NCBI GenBank assembly: GCA_964036045.1 | Contig: OZ038378.1 | Span: 170,438,001-170,502,000, forward strand | DNA from: Eutreptiella sp. 'Long Island Sound 2002' | Lineage: Eukaryota; Protista; Euglenida | DNA length: 64,000 nucleotides | Direction of reading: 5' to 3' | Part shown: piece after piece, positions 49,201 through 61,200 of the stretch | How positions within the stretch are numbered: position 1 is the first letter of the stretch | How the letters are laid out: each line of letters opens with the position of its first letter | Notes under the pieces: model-generated | Databases searched by the model: none | The model's input: only the letters and a program-made list of their open reading frames with translations | Told to the model about the DNA's origin: nothing | Made by a program: the position numbers and the translations under genes

Positions 49201-52200
49201 AGATTTTGGCAATGGCTCGCTCCACAACTCACCACCAGCAAGTGATATCCACCCTCCAAGAGTCAACAGCAACCCACCGGGATCAAACAGCAACCACCAG
49301 GAAGTAACCACTAGCAATTACCAGCAAACCGCTATGTAGTCCAAAGGCAAGGATAGCATCAGGAAACGAAAACATTTCTAGCAACATTCCCATAAAAACA
49401 AGCTGCAACAAGCCGAAAAGCACTTTAATAAGGCAAGTCTAGCATTGCCAAAGGCAGGCTCACAGCATGTGGGCGCGAAATTGGCCACAGCAACTTCGGG
49501 ACTGCATGCGAAACCCGCGTTGAAATTTTCTGGAACGAAAAAACCCCGGTGCAAAATCCCCCCTTTCTGTACCTCCGCACAACCCCCGCCCCCTTTTCCC
49601 CAACTGCAGACCTGATCGGGACCTTTCCCCACCTTGCTTCCCCCGTTCTTTGCAATGCAGAACAAGAGGAGCTCTGCGGATGACTCCTGCGTCTCCCGAC
49701 TGTCGCCATTTCTGAGATGGGGAGAATTATCGCCGCGGCAGTTGCACTGGGCTGTGGTGGATGCAGGTATTGGGACCGGGCGTGGAGGGCTGCGTCAAGG
49801 ATGGGGCTGTGGGGCACCGCATCCCTGTTGCCTGCGGTCTCTCGGGTGCCCGCTCCCGTTGCATGTTCAGGGCTGCCCAAAGAGAAAACAAAGACTTTTG
49901 GCCGGCGCCTGTTCTGGCGAGACTTGGCCTATTTCCAGCTGCACTCGTTCCCCGACATGCCCACAGCCCCGATCCGGCGGCACTACAGCCTCCTGCGATG
50001 GAGTGGCGACGATTCAAGGCTCAGGTGTCCGGTCGATGGCTGCCCTCTGCTGCGAAGTGCGCCCCTAGCACAATCCTGTCAGCACTTGACATGAGGTTGG
50101 ACAAGGGCCCACCGGTCCCCAGCTGACCTGGGGGGGGGAGGGGGGGCAGGTCGTTTGGGGCTCCTGGGGGTGCTCGTCCTGCGGCGCGCAATTCGGGTAA
50201 TTATCGTGGAACAGGGGAAATTGTACCCTTTCGTACCTTTGTACCTGCAACTCACTCATGGCAAAGTGGATATATGCATTTGGGGCTTATTTGGGGCTCA
50301 GTCATGCATCGTCGTGTCTTCCATCCCACTTCTTTCGCCCAGAAATGAGAAAAGTTGATGCGGTGCTAATCGCCCGAAAGCTAATTACCTTTACCCTGCG
50401 GCGCGCTCCCCCTGCCAACCCTGGCCAAGCCCCCCCAGCCCCCACCAGACCACAGGCAGTCTGCGGCTCTGCGTGCACGCTACGGGCAGTCTGCTGCACT
50501 GGTGGGCGGTGGCACAAGCCTTCCACTCTGATCCACAAAACAGCCCTTCTGCTCCCTTTTACTCGATGGACAACAGCGAGTCACTGCAACAGCGAGGGCT
50601 GGACGCCGGTGGTACTCCAAGGTCACCGACCAGCCTCTTTGGACCGACCCCATGCATATGCACGGGTCAAAAGTGCGCCCCCCCCCCCCCCTTTTGAGCT
50701 TGGCTCTGCTTGCCAGTCCCCTTTCGGAGATCAGTCGGCAGCAAAGTGGATGTACACGCAGACAGTTTGACTGGGCACACTCAGTCCTGCGACTGAGACG
50801 ACCACTCTCCTGCCCTTGATCTTGTGTGGCAGGGCCTGGCAGAAGGGGAACACCGGATATCCGATGGTGGATGCAGGAATGCGAGAGCTGTACGCGACCG
50901 GGTACATGCAGCAGAACGTGCGAATGGTGTGCCTGCAACTGCGCTCGGGTGAAAAAAGCCCCCCGCCCCCCCCCCCCCCCCAGTAATGCCCGTGCAAGTG
51001 TTTGTGGGCACCCTTCTTCCACGCTGACACTGTGGAAAATGGTGGTAGACACTCACGCCCAGGGCTCCTTTTCACAACTCAGCACCACTGGGGGGTGGGG
51101 GGCTGGGGGGTCCCTGGACCCACCCAACCTGGCCTGGGGTTGGCTCGCCCTCACCACCGCCGTGCCCGACCAGTACGTCGCTGCCCACCATCACGTGGTG
51201 CATCAGCTGCTTCCCAGACCCCCCGACCTGCCCAGTCTCCTCCGCCTCCTCACCACTTAGCCTCTCCTTCCCCTTGAGCTGCCATGACCTCGAGACCTAG
51301 TTGGCCACAGGAGGCTGCCGAGGTAGAGTGCCGGGGGGGGGGTGCAGGGAAGGTGCCCGCTGTAGTTGCTGCGCAGGACCCAGTGCAGGGCGGCGCTGTG
51401 ACGCAGGGACATCGTGCCTGTGGTAGGGGGGGGTGGGGCACGTGTCCCAGAAGTGGGGGAGGCCAGGCCGTGATGTGCAAGGGGATATGCTCGACGGCCG
51501 GGGTGAGGTGAGGGGCTGGGTTACCGAGGACGTCCATCAGGGGCGCTGTGAGAGACGCTCGGCCTGCAGCATCCAGGAGGGGAGGGCGGCTGGGGTCAGG
51601 GTTGACTCGCCAGGCACTGGGCAGGCTGAAGGCTAGCTACGGCGCTGGTGACCGTAGACGCGGCGTGGGGTGGTCGGCAACAACGGACACTTGGGCATGG
51701 GGGGTGGCAATGCCGTAGACGCCCACGAGCACGGGGGAATCTCCTGCTGTGCATGGAATATGGGGGCCACGGTGAACAGGATCCAGGCCAGGCGTACGTG
51801 AAGGGCGAAGAAGGGGGGGGGGAGTGGTAGAGGAGGTGGGCGTTGGAGTCTGAGTGAGGGCGGTGGCAAAAGGGGCACTTGATGCCATCATAGGACGGGG
51901 GGTGGTGCTGTGCATGGAGCAGGCGGAGGTGCATGATGCGGCGGAGCGCCAGGGGGGGGGGGGGGGCTTCACGCGGTCCAACGCCTCATGGAAGATGTTG
52001 GCCGACCAGCTGGGGTGCACCAGGGGGTGCCGAGCGGCGAACTCAGCCTGAGCCGCGGTGTTGTAGGCCGACTCTGAGGCGCGTGAGGGGTTGATGAAGA
52101 CGGCGCCGCCCCGGAGGGCCCAAGGGTATGGTGGCGGGGAGAGCCGTCAGAAGTCCTTGGTCAGCCAAGGAGCCGGGGTAGGCGTTGAGGAGGGCGAGGA

Positions 52201-55200
52201 GAGTGCGGTCCCAGGAGGTGTGCTGGGCCGGGAGCCACACTTCGCGGAGGGCGGCGCAGAGAGCAAGGAGGGCCGCACAGTAGGGGACACACAGGGCGGA
52301 GGATGGGGAGGGGCCGCGGGTGGTGTCACAGAAAAGGGACGCATGTGAAGTCGGAAGCGAGAAAGAGCTTGCTGGGCCAAGGGCCGAGGGCGAAGAGGAG
52401 GTCGAGCTTCGCCAACCACTCAGCATCGATGGAGTGGCCGGAACCCCGGAGGTGGGTAGTCGAGCACCGAGAGGTTGAAGGAGTGTACTGAACGGAGGCA
52501 GAGCACGGGGCTGGCGCCGCTGTGCGCGTCTGCCCGCTGGGCGCGTTGCAGGGCGTTTTGCGCCTTGTTGGCGAGGGATAGCTCGGGGAGGACGTGGACG
52601 CCAACCACTTCGGGGGGGAGGGGGGGGGGGCAATGGCGGTGCCAGTGGGCTCGGGTATGGGGATGGTGAGGAGGGCCGCCCGGCCCGAGCGGGAGTCGAT
52701 GAGAGTGAACTGCTGCTTGTTGGTCGACGGCCATGGTGGCCACAGAGGCAAGGGAGGGGTCAATGAAGCGGCAGTCGTCACTGTAGGTGATGAAGGTGGC
52801 TGGGAGGACAGCATGGAGGCCCGGGATGGAGAGGGGGAGGGTGATGGCCGTACTGGCCAAGGTGATGACCAAGCTAGGGCTTTGTAGTGGAGCTGGGCGA
52901 CGCCATCGCCCTAGTTGCCGCCCTCATCGTGGGGGGGGGGGGGGGGGGCGAACCCCTTGCGGGGGGCCACACAGATGATGAGGCGGCTGTAGAAGCTGTC
53001 CGCCCAGGGGCTGAAGACCCACGTAGTGCGTAGGTTGGCGCATAGCTAGGCGGTCTCGTGGCACAGTACACGGAGATAGGCGTCGGATTCGTACCAAGGC
53101 GTAGGTGCCGTGTGCGGAGAGGGAGGCGTAGACTGTAGCACGGCACACCCTCGCAAGGGTGAGCGCGTTGTGGCCCGGGCGGTAGGCGAAGGAGACGGGG
53201 GTGTACGTGGAGGTGATCTCGAGGTCGGCGGAGGGGCGGTCGGTGGCGATGCCGGAGATGGTGCTGGTGATGCCAGACTCCACATCTACCGGGCGGAACG
53301 ACTGGGCGAGGTGGAGGGCCGGGCTTCTTTAGAATAATTAAATATCAAGGGGGGGGAGGGGGAGGGGGTCCAAAACCCCCTCCCTCCCTCCCACAAACCC
53401 CCTCCCCCCCTCCCCCCCCCCATTCCAATTCTGCAAAAGTTCAGTTTTGTGGTTTCTGACAGTGCATACTTACTGGGGGCCCCCCCTTCATCGTGGGGGA
53501 CCAAATCTGCTGTCTACCCCCCTCTCCTTGCTCTCGACTCTTCCCACCCTCCGTTAAACAGAGCATTGGGGGCCTGAGACTGCGTCACTTGCAAAACTTT
53601 TGTTTCTCTTTTTGTTATCTTTTCTTTCCTGTTAGTTAAACGACGCTGTCTGCAGGTCTGGTGCCAAGGTAGGCCAAGGGGTTCTTTGGCCGGGTGTGGG
53701 GGGCCGAGAGGACGCCTTGGCACCAGGGAGTCCAAGAGAGCAAGGCAGAGGGTTGCCTTAATACTGTAAATAATGCCCCTACGAGACTCTCGGCCCTCCC
53801 TTACCGGCAACCCCTCCTGCTTCGGCTTTTAAAGGTGTTGGTTAGGGGAAAATTCAGTGTAGGACACCGAGGACAGAATCATTGGGATGCTGCACTGTCT
53901 TGCCACCCCCCCCCCATTTTGCCTGTTGTGTTGTGTTCAAAATATGTGCTCTGTCTGCATATGTCTGCACATTTCCGCTCTATCTGCTTTGTCTGCACAT
54001 GCATCTGCTTCAATTAGACACTCATTCATGGCAAAACGCTTTTTAACTCCAAATGCTCCCCGGGCAAAGGGTTGTGCACTGCTCCAGGAAGTTCAGAATA
54101 GGTCCATGAATTAACAGCAACCCTCCAGGAATGAATGATCTGTTTTTACAACAAAACCCCAGCACCAAAAGGAAAAAAACCTGCTGTGATACATTTTGGT
54201 GCGCAAAGACAAGGGGGGGGGGGTGCTCTGGCCAAACCCCCCCACTCCCTCCCCCCTCAAAACCCCCACCCCCCCTCCCCCCCCCCGCTCAAAAGAAGCC
54301 CTGGTGGAGGGGAAGAGGCTTGGTGGGCTTGCCCTTGTAGAGGCCGTAGCGGACAGTCTTGTTGGTGGTGGAGGGGGTGCCGGCCTTGAGTTGGAGGGCA
54401 TCATGGAGGAGCCCAAAGTGGACGCCCCTGCCAGAGCGGAATAGGACCACACGGGGGATGTTGTTGCACGCAACAGTGAGGGAGGATTTGCCTTGGCGTC
54501 GAAAAGCGAGGGATGCGGAGGTGACGAGTGGGGGGGGGCAAGCTTGGAACAGGCGTAGGTAGACACGGACGCGGGGTTCGCGGGGCGGGCTCTGGCCCGC
54601 AGGAGGTCCTGTAGGAGGGGAAGGGGGAGTTTGGCGGGAAGGTGCTGGAGGGGCCACCAAGCGTCATGCGCGCAACGCTCCGTAACGAAGGCGTGGTTCA
54701 TGGGGATGTCCCGGGCGGCTGTCTGTGAGTGGAACTGGGTTGTGACCTTGGCGAGGGGCTCAGAGCGTGTGGCGAGGACTGGACTGGGTTGGGGGAGAAT
54801 GCCGTGGAAGGGCTCTGGCAAGGGTGTGGGCAGGCGGAGGGCCACGCGGGTGGTCTTGGTGATGCAGTGGGAGGCAAGAGTCTCAGAGCGGGAGTCTAGG
54901 CCTCTGGCAGCTACCCGCTGGCCCCTGCCCGGCGCATGTTGTGTGCGCCCCACCGCCGCCGCCCCCCCGCGCGGTCCTCAACGTCCTCGCCACGACCCTC
55001 CGAAACCGGCGCGCATCCATCGCCCTCTTGGCCAGAGGGGCCGTACGAGCACTGCTCCCTTGCGCCCTTCCCAGGGAGAGCGTGTTGGCAATTTTCCCGC
55101 CGGCATGTGCCGGGCGCCGCAGAAACCAAATTGGAGACCCCCCCCCTCCGCCCTTTTAAAAGGAGGTGTACTTGTTGTTTGGGGTGTTGGCCTGTCCTGA

Positions 55201-58200
55201 TGGTGGGAGACGGCTGTCCATGATTGCCCATGTGGGGAGGGTGAGCAGGGCAACACCACCCCAGTTTGTGTTACGATTCCAACATCATTCGTGGTGGAGA
55301 GCACCCGCCAAATCCTCACGGTCTGGGAATGACTGAAAATGAAGGCTGCTGGCGCCGGCAGTGGACTGGACCCCACAGGGACAGAAGCACAGGGACAGCC
55401 GTCTGGGTCGTCTGTCAGGATACGCTGCCCCACAAACGAACAATGACTACAATTTCCTCTCCAAAACTTGAACAATTGCGCATATCCGGAAGTACGAAGG
55501 GCATGCTTCGTTAGCCTTTGTGGCACCCCCCCCCCTCACGGTAATGGGGGTGTGCCGGCGTAATGTGCGCCGCCACAACACATGACTTGTTCTTGTAGAT
55601 CTGTGCATCGTTTTTGGTTGAATACCTTGATATCAGTTGGGTTGAAGGAGAGAAGTGGTTTCATGACTGCCTTGTGGATGCGGACGTTGGTATGCCGAAG
55701 GAGTTCTGCAAAACCAGCGTCGAAGGGGCTTTATGCGTCTGGGAAGTCGGTTTTTGAAGGCGGCGGTCTGATTGAATTGCCAAGACCTGGGTAACAGGGC
55801 GTGCACCGGCCGTGGAAGGGGTTGGGCCTGAGGCTTGTGATGGTATGGTGGTGTGGCAGGATTTGCATATGCCAACTACAGGGGCTACAGACGGCAGCAG
55901 CAGGACAGGGAGGGCGCACGGAGGAGCAGATCAATGAAGACGGCAGCAGAAGGGACTGCAGTTGCAGCAAAGGGCGAAATGGCGTGTGGGCCAAACGGAC
56001 ATGAGGAAGCAGCTGTCAAGCTCTGGCGGAAAGATGGATGTGGGTCAGGGACGCCGCGTATCAAGGCAGGGTGGTGCGAGGGAGGGAGGGAGGGAGGGAG
56101 GGAGGGAGGGAGGGAGGGAGGGAGGGATATTTGGATTTGGATTTGGGTGCCGATCTTAAGGCTCACAGGACGCCCGGGGGGGGAGCACGATGGCGTACCT
56201 GACGACTCTGCAGATCGGCTGGCCAGGGGGAGGAACGGAGGGACGGAGGGAGGGATTGGATTGGATTGGATTGGAGAGTGTCGTTTTGGCTGGTGCCACT
56301 AGTCCCCACATGGACAACTCGCAATTTTTTCTAGGCTGGATGCACCTACATACCACCTTTACCACCCAACCCACTGTACATACACTCAACACCAACCCCT
56401 TCTGCACAGCACGTCCAATATCAAGGCATTGTGGCCCGAGGGAGGGAGGGAGGGAGGGAGGGGAGGACAGGGCAGAATGGGCAGGACGGCACTCTTGGCC
56501 TTGGCCCTTGACCAGCCCAGACATTGCACAGCCCAAGCAATAGACCCCCCACGCCAGGGCTTCGGCCCTTGCTGGCATCGGTGTGCCCTGGCTGCATGCA
56601 GTCCGCCCCCGCCCCCTCGGGATTGGAATGCAACAACAATCCTCAGCCCAAGCTCAAGCTCAAGTGATCATGGGCGGTCCAAGCGTTTGGGCCACGAACG
56701 GGGGTGGCCTCAGCCCCCCCTGCGTGAGGCATGGCGAAGTTCAAAGGCCCATGACGGTTGGCAACCAGAGGGTCCCTGGGCATCGGAGGCGAGAGTCAAG
56801 GTGCAAGAGTTGCCCCGACGCAGTGGTGACTTCTCGGAGAAGCAAGGGATTAAGGATGTGCAGGCACAGCCGAGTGAGGGCAGAGGAGGATGGGGGAGGA
56901 GACTGTCCCATGGACAATGCCCACCAACACAAAGGCGCGGTGTTGTGCAGGTAGTAGGGGTAGGAGATCGGAATTTCAGAGATTCGTTTTGGAGGGTTCA
57001 CACGTAGGGACCACACAACAGCCCGTCTGTCCTTAGCCCCCCCCTCTCCCCCTCTTCCCCGCGCCTCCCTCCCTCCTTCCCTCCCGGCCCTCAACACCTG
57101 AGTTTAAGAGGTGTTTAAATTTTTGACCGTGGAGTTGATATTGGGAGCGGCTGGTCCTCCGCAGGATGTACCCTCTCTGTTCTCTGACTGACGAAACGCC
57201 GCACGCGCTGTCTCACAGCCATCAACGCAATGATGTGGCAGAACGCCGGCAAGTCCGGCATCGACCAGTGGAATTTCACAATGTCCCCAGAGAACGGATC
57301 GCAGGTGTGCTCGCTGCTCCAGGCAGCATCGCCATGTCGCACAGACGTCATGAAATGAATTCCCGCCGCACCGTTGTTCCGCCACATCCGTCCCCCCCCC
57401 CCCCCCCACGCACCGATAATTTTGGTCAACAAAGCAGATCACCCAACAAACATGGCGCTGGACACCGGCCGCACCCTACGGCACCCAACAAGCCTGTCTC
57501 AAACATCCCTCGACTGGGCACCCCAATGCCGTGCCAGCCCTTTGTTGTTGGCAACAGACCTGCTCTCTGCCACAAGTGCTCTCTCACCCTCGACCCGGGC
57601 CGCAGTGAGAACGGAGACACAAGGAAGGTCCAACCGACAATGCCCCTGTGTTTGCGTCTGGTGCGTGTACTGCGCCTTTCCCCGGTGCCTTTGTCTCAGC
57701 CCTTGCGCTTGGAGGGGGAGGGTGGGAGGGGGAGATTTTTAGAGGGCGAAAAGGTTGTTGTAGACAGATTTGGAAGCCGCCCCTCCGCGCAAACATGTCC
57801 TTCAATTTGAGGGATGCTGTGTGCTACAATGTGTGCACAGGGAATGACAGCAACCATCCACAGCCCCCTCGGAAACAACAGCAAGGGACCTTGTACCAAA
57901 AATTTCTTTCATTTCTACGACGGAGTCCAAACAACTCCCCTTAATCTGGGCCCTCCCAAAAAAAAAACCCTCAAATTAATCGAACCCCCCCCCCCCCACA
58001 GCCCCAATTTTGGGGCGAGGGTCCGCCCTGCCGACCGCTTCAGTCGGCCCCAACGCCGCTCCCAGCGGTCCGTACCCGCCAGCCATGGCCTCCCGACTGC
58101 TGTTCCAGCCGCTGGTAACACTTCTGCAAGCCCCCGTGAAGGCCCTCTTCAGCCCACCGCCCCCGCTCAAGCGCACGCAGCCGCAGGGGAGTGGACGCAA

Positions 58201-61200
58201 GTCCAGGGGGAATGCTGCAAACGCGAGTAGTAGGACAGCCGTTCCCGCTGTCCCCCGGAGAACACCCCCCCCCCCTGCCCCCCGAAGACTTACCTCCATC
58301 AACAAAAGCAGGCCACGCAAAGAACATGGCATTGGTTGCGCGCGGTACCTCTCCAGCCCGTCCACGCTGTCTATCTGTCAGCCAGTCATTTCTGCTCTCA
58401 CTTAGAAATGGTACGTGCAGTAGCACCGCGTGTGTGCGCCGGCCTTGTGGATTACCCCCGCCCCCCGCCCGTGTACGTCGTAAGTGGGGCTTTTTTCTTC
58501 GTTTGCCAGTAAATGCAAGTAAAAGTCATTGAACTGCTGTGATGTCAGCAGCTGTTTTTCCTGCTGTACGTTGAGTGAATGTGGCAATGCGAGGGGTCTT
58601 TGCATTGCAGCGGAATAGAAATGCCTCGCACTACGAGTTCCTGGGACCCGCATTACATTTGCCTCCCCCACACGTGGCCTATCAACGCCCCGGGGCGTGC
58701 GTGGGGCACCGAGGGGTTCGGTTGCGTCACGACTGGGGCTCGCATTGCTTAAGTCCTCTGGAGGTGGACCGCGTACACTAAAGCACTGCTGAGGGGGTAT
58801 ATGTGGAGGCATAGGACGGGCGTAGGGGGGGGCTCATTCCAAGCCATTCCCCCGTGCCATGGTCCTCTGAGCAGCGATTTGGACCCCGGCTTTCAGATCG
58901 GTTGTCCCCACATGTCACGATGGCCCCGGCCGAGGCTGATGCGTCCCATTAGAGCCGTCTGCAAAGCTGTACAAGCCCGAGATGATCGCCAGTGTGCCAA
59001 GCGAGTTGGTGTCAAACCGGGCCATTCCATGAGGACCGGGCCATGAAAGTAATGCAAATGGGCAGAAGGAGAAGGAGAAGGAGGAGAAGGAGGAGACCGG
59101 CATTTGCATAGAGTTTAGAGTGGCATACTCAATGGATTGCCCCGCCGCCCCCGCATTGCTCAGCATGAACCGCCCACAGTCCCAAGGCCTCCCTCTGCAG
59201 CACTCAACAAGGATGGGACACTGCAGACTGCAGTACTGATTGGCCTATTTTCTTGAATGAATGGGTCAGCCCCCCTCCCCCTCCCCCCCCCACGTCTCTC
59301 CATCAGCTCTTGTGCACCCCCTCATGCCTCAGGATCCAAGTGGCAAGTACACGCGCCAGTGGGTACCAGAACTGAAGCGGCTCCCCAATAAGTACGTACA
59401 CAAGCCCTGGCAGGCCCCAGCGGATGTGTTGAAGCAAGCAGGGGTTGTCCTGGGGCAGACGTACCCGGAACGCATCATCGAAGATCTGCGCAAGGCCCGC
59501 GCAGTCAGTGTCGCAAGTACAGCCCCCCTTCCCCTCTTCCTCCCGCGCGCGCGCTCGCTCCTTCGCTGCCGGACCACAATCCAGACAACAATTTGTTGGT
59601 GTAATGTAGGATAGCACTGTTTTGTGCCGCGATTGAAGTCTCCTTGACTCCCATCAAGCACCGTAAAGGGGTCCCGTGACTCAGCCGTCATAGCACATGA
59701 CGCATGACCGAGAAGAAGCCGGTTCGAGTCCCATGTTGGGCAGGGGCACCTAAGCTGGGGCATAGGTCGGCGAACTACGTCCGGGGCGCTAGGGGCGTCC
59801 TCGGTGATCCCACGCATCCGCGCTTCTTGGGCGCCTGGACGTCGCTGGGATGTTCCACCTCCTCCTACCGCCGCAACAGCCGTGCAAGGGGGAGGCGCTG
59901 TACGGGACCCGCCCATGCCAGGCCCAAAAAGTACAAGTTCTTGAAGTGCCAGCGTATCCCTACACGGGCCGGACCGTAGCCTCCTCCTCTGCCCTTATCC
60001 CGCTTGTTGAGGGGAGTCACCAACCCCTGCGCTGGTGTTGGTGGGGGCCTTTTTCAGGCGAAACCCCTGTCCCTCCCAGAGGCACCGGACAATCAATCCA
60101 GACGCTGACTTCTTCCCGAGATCCAAAAGAGTTGGGACCCTGCAGCCAGTAGGGGTTTCTCTTCAGATGCTTCAAGCATGATGAAGTGGTTTCAGAACCG
60201 CATCCCGCTACCCACACTGGAAATGATCGCCAACTCGACAAAAATTCGGTTGTATATTGTATCCCCAGCCGTAAGCCCCCCCTCGCCCCTCCTCAAAGAG
60301 GCTGGGTGGGCGAGTTGTTGGATGCTCTTCTGCTTCGAACCCCTCTGACGTTGCCCCCATACGCACACCGTCGGTTGGTAGCTAACCGCCGTCACTCAAC
60401 CGGCAACTGCCATTGTGGACTTGGCCCTTCCTGGTAGCGGGCTGCTGCTGATCGCGATGTTGTTGACGTTGTTGACATGTGTAGTCCCAAAAAAACCTGT
60501 GGTCAAGCAGTATCTGACCTGTCTTCATCCTGCTCCAGATATGTTGGACATGAAGCGCCAAACGCTGCAGCACATCGATAACGGGGGCTATGACATCATC
60601 GTTCTGCCGGACGGCACAACGACCCGGGTGTTTACCAAGCAGGTGTAACTCCCCTCCACCGCTTGAGCCCTGACGAATCCTTTGGCAGGTAGGTCACTGC
60701 TGGGGGGCTGGTGGGGGACTGCTGGGGCCCAGTTCGTTGTAGTGGAGCCGACGTTCTCAAACGTGCTCCTCGTTAACTTGAGCAATAGGTGCAAGAGGGG
60801 ACACCTCAATTTCGGGGTCTGTTTGATGCTCGCAGCTATTTGATGGGGCATATACGTTCATTGCAATAACTTTTGTGTGTTCTATATGTGATTTACACAT
60901 TGTTGTAGGACACTACATTCAAGATTGACTATATTTGATCTCAACTATCACACATAGTTGGCTATTTCTTTTCAAGACCTTTGGCCCCGGTAGTATATAA
61001 GAGCGGTAACTCCGTGTGGGGTTCTATTTGTTCAAGGCTCTTCTCTCTTTGGTGTTAGTTTTTTGACTGTCATTTGGTCTATGCAAAATGACTTGTGGGA
61101 CTAATGGAGGTGGACCTTCATAAACATTCATCATGGGTTTAGTCGATTGCTATTTGCTTTGTTATTTTGCTTTTGCTATTGTTGTGTGTCAATGTGCGCG

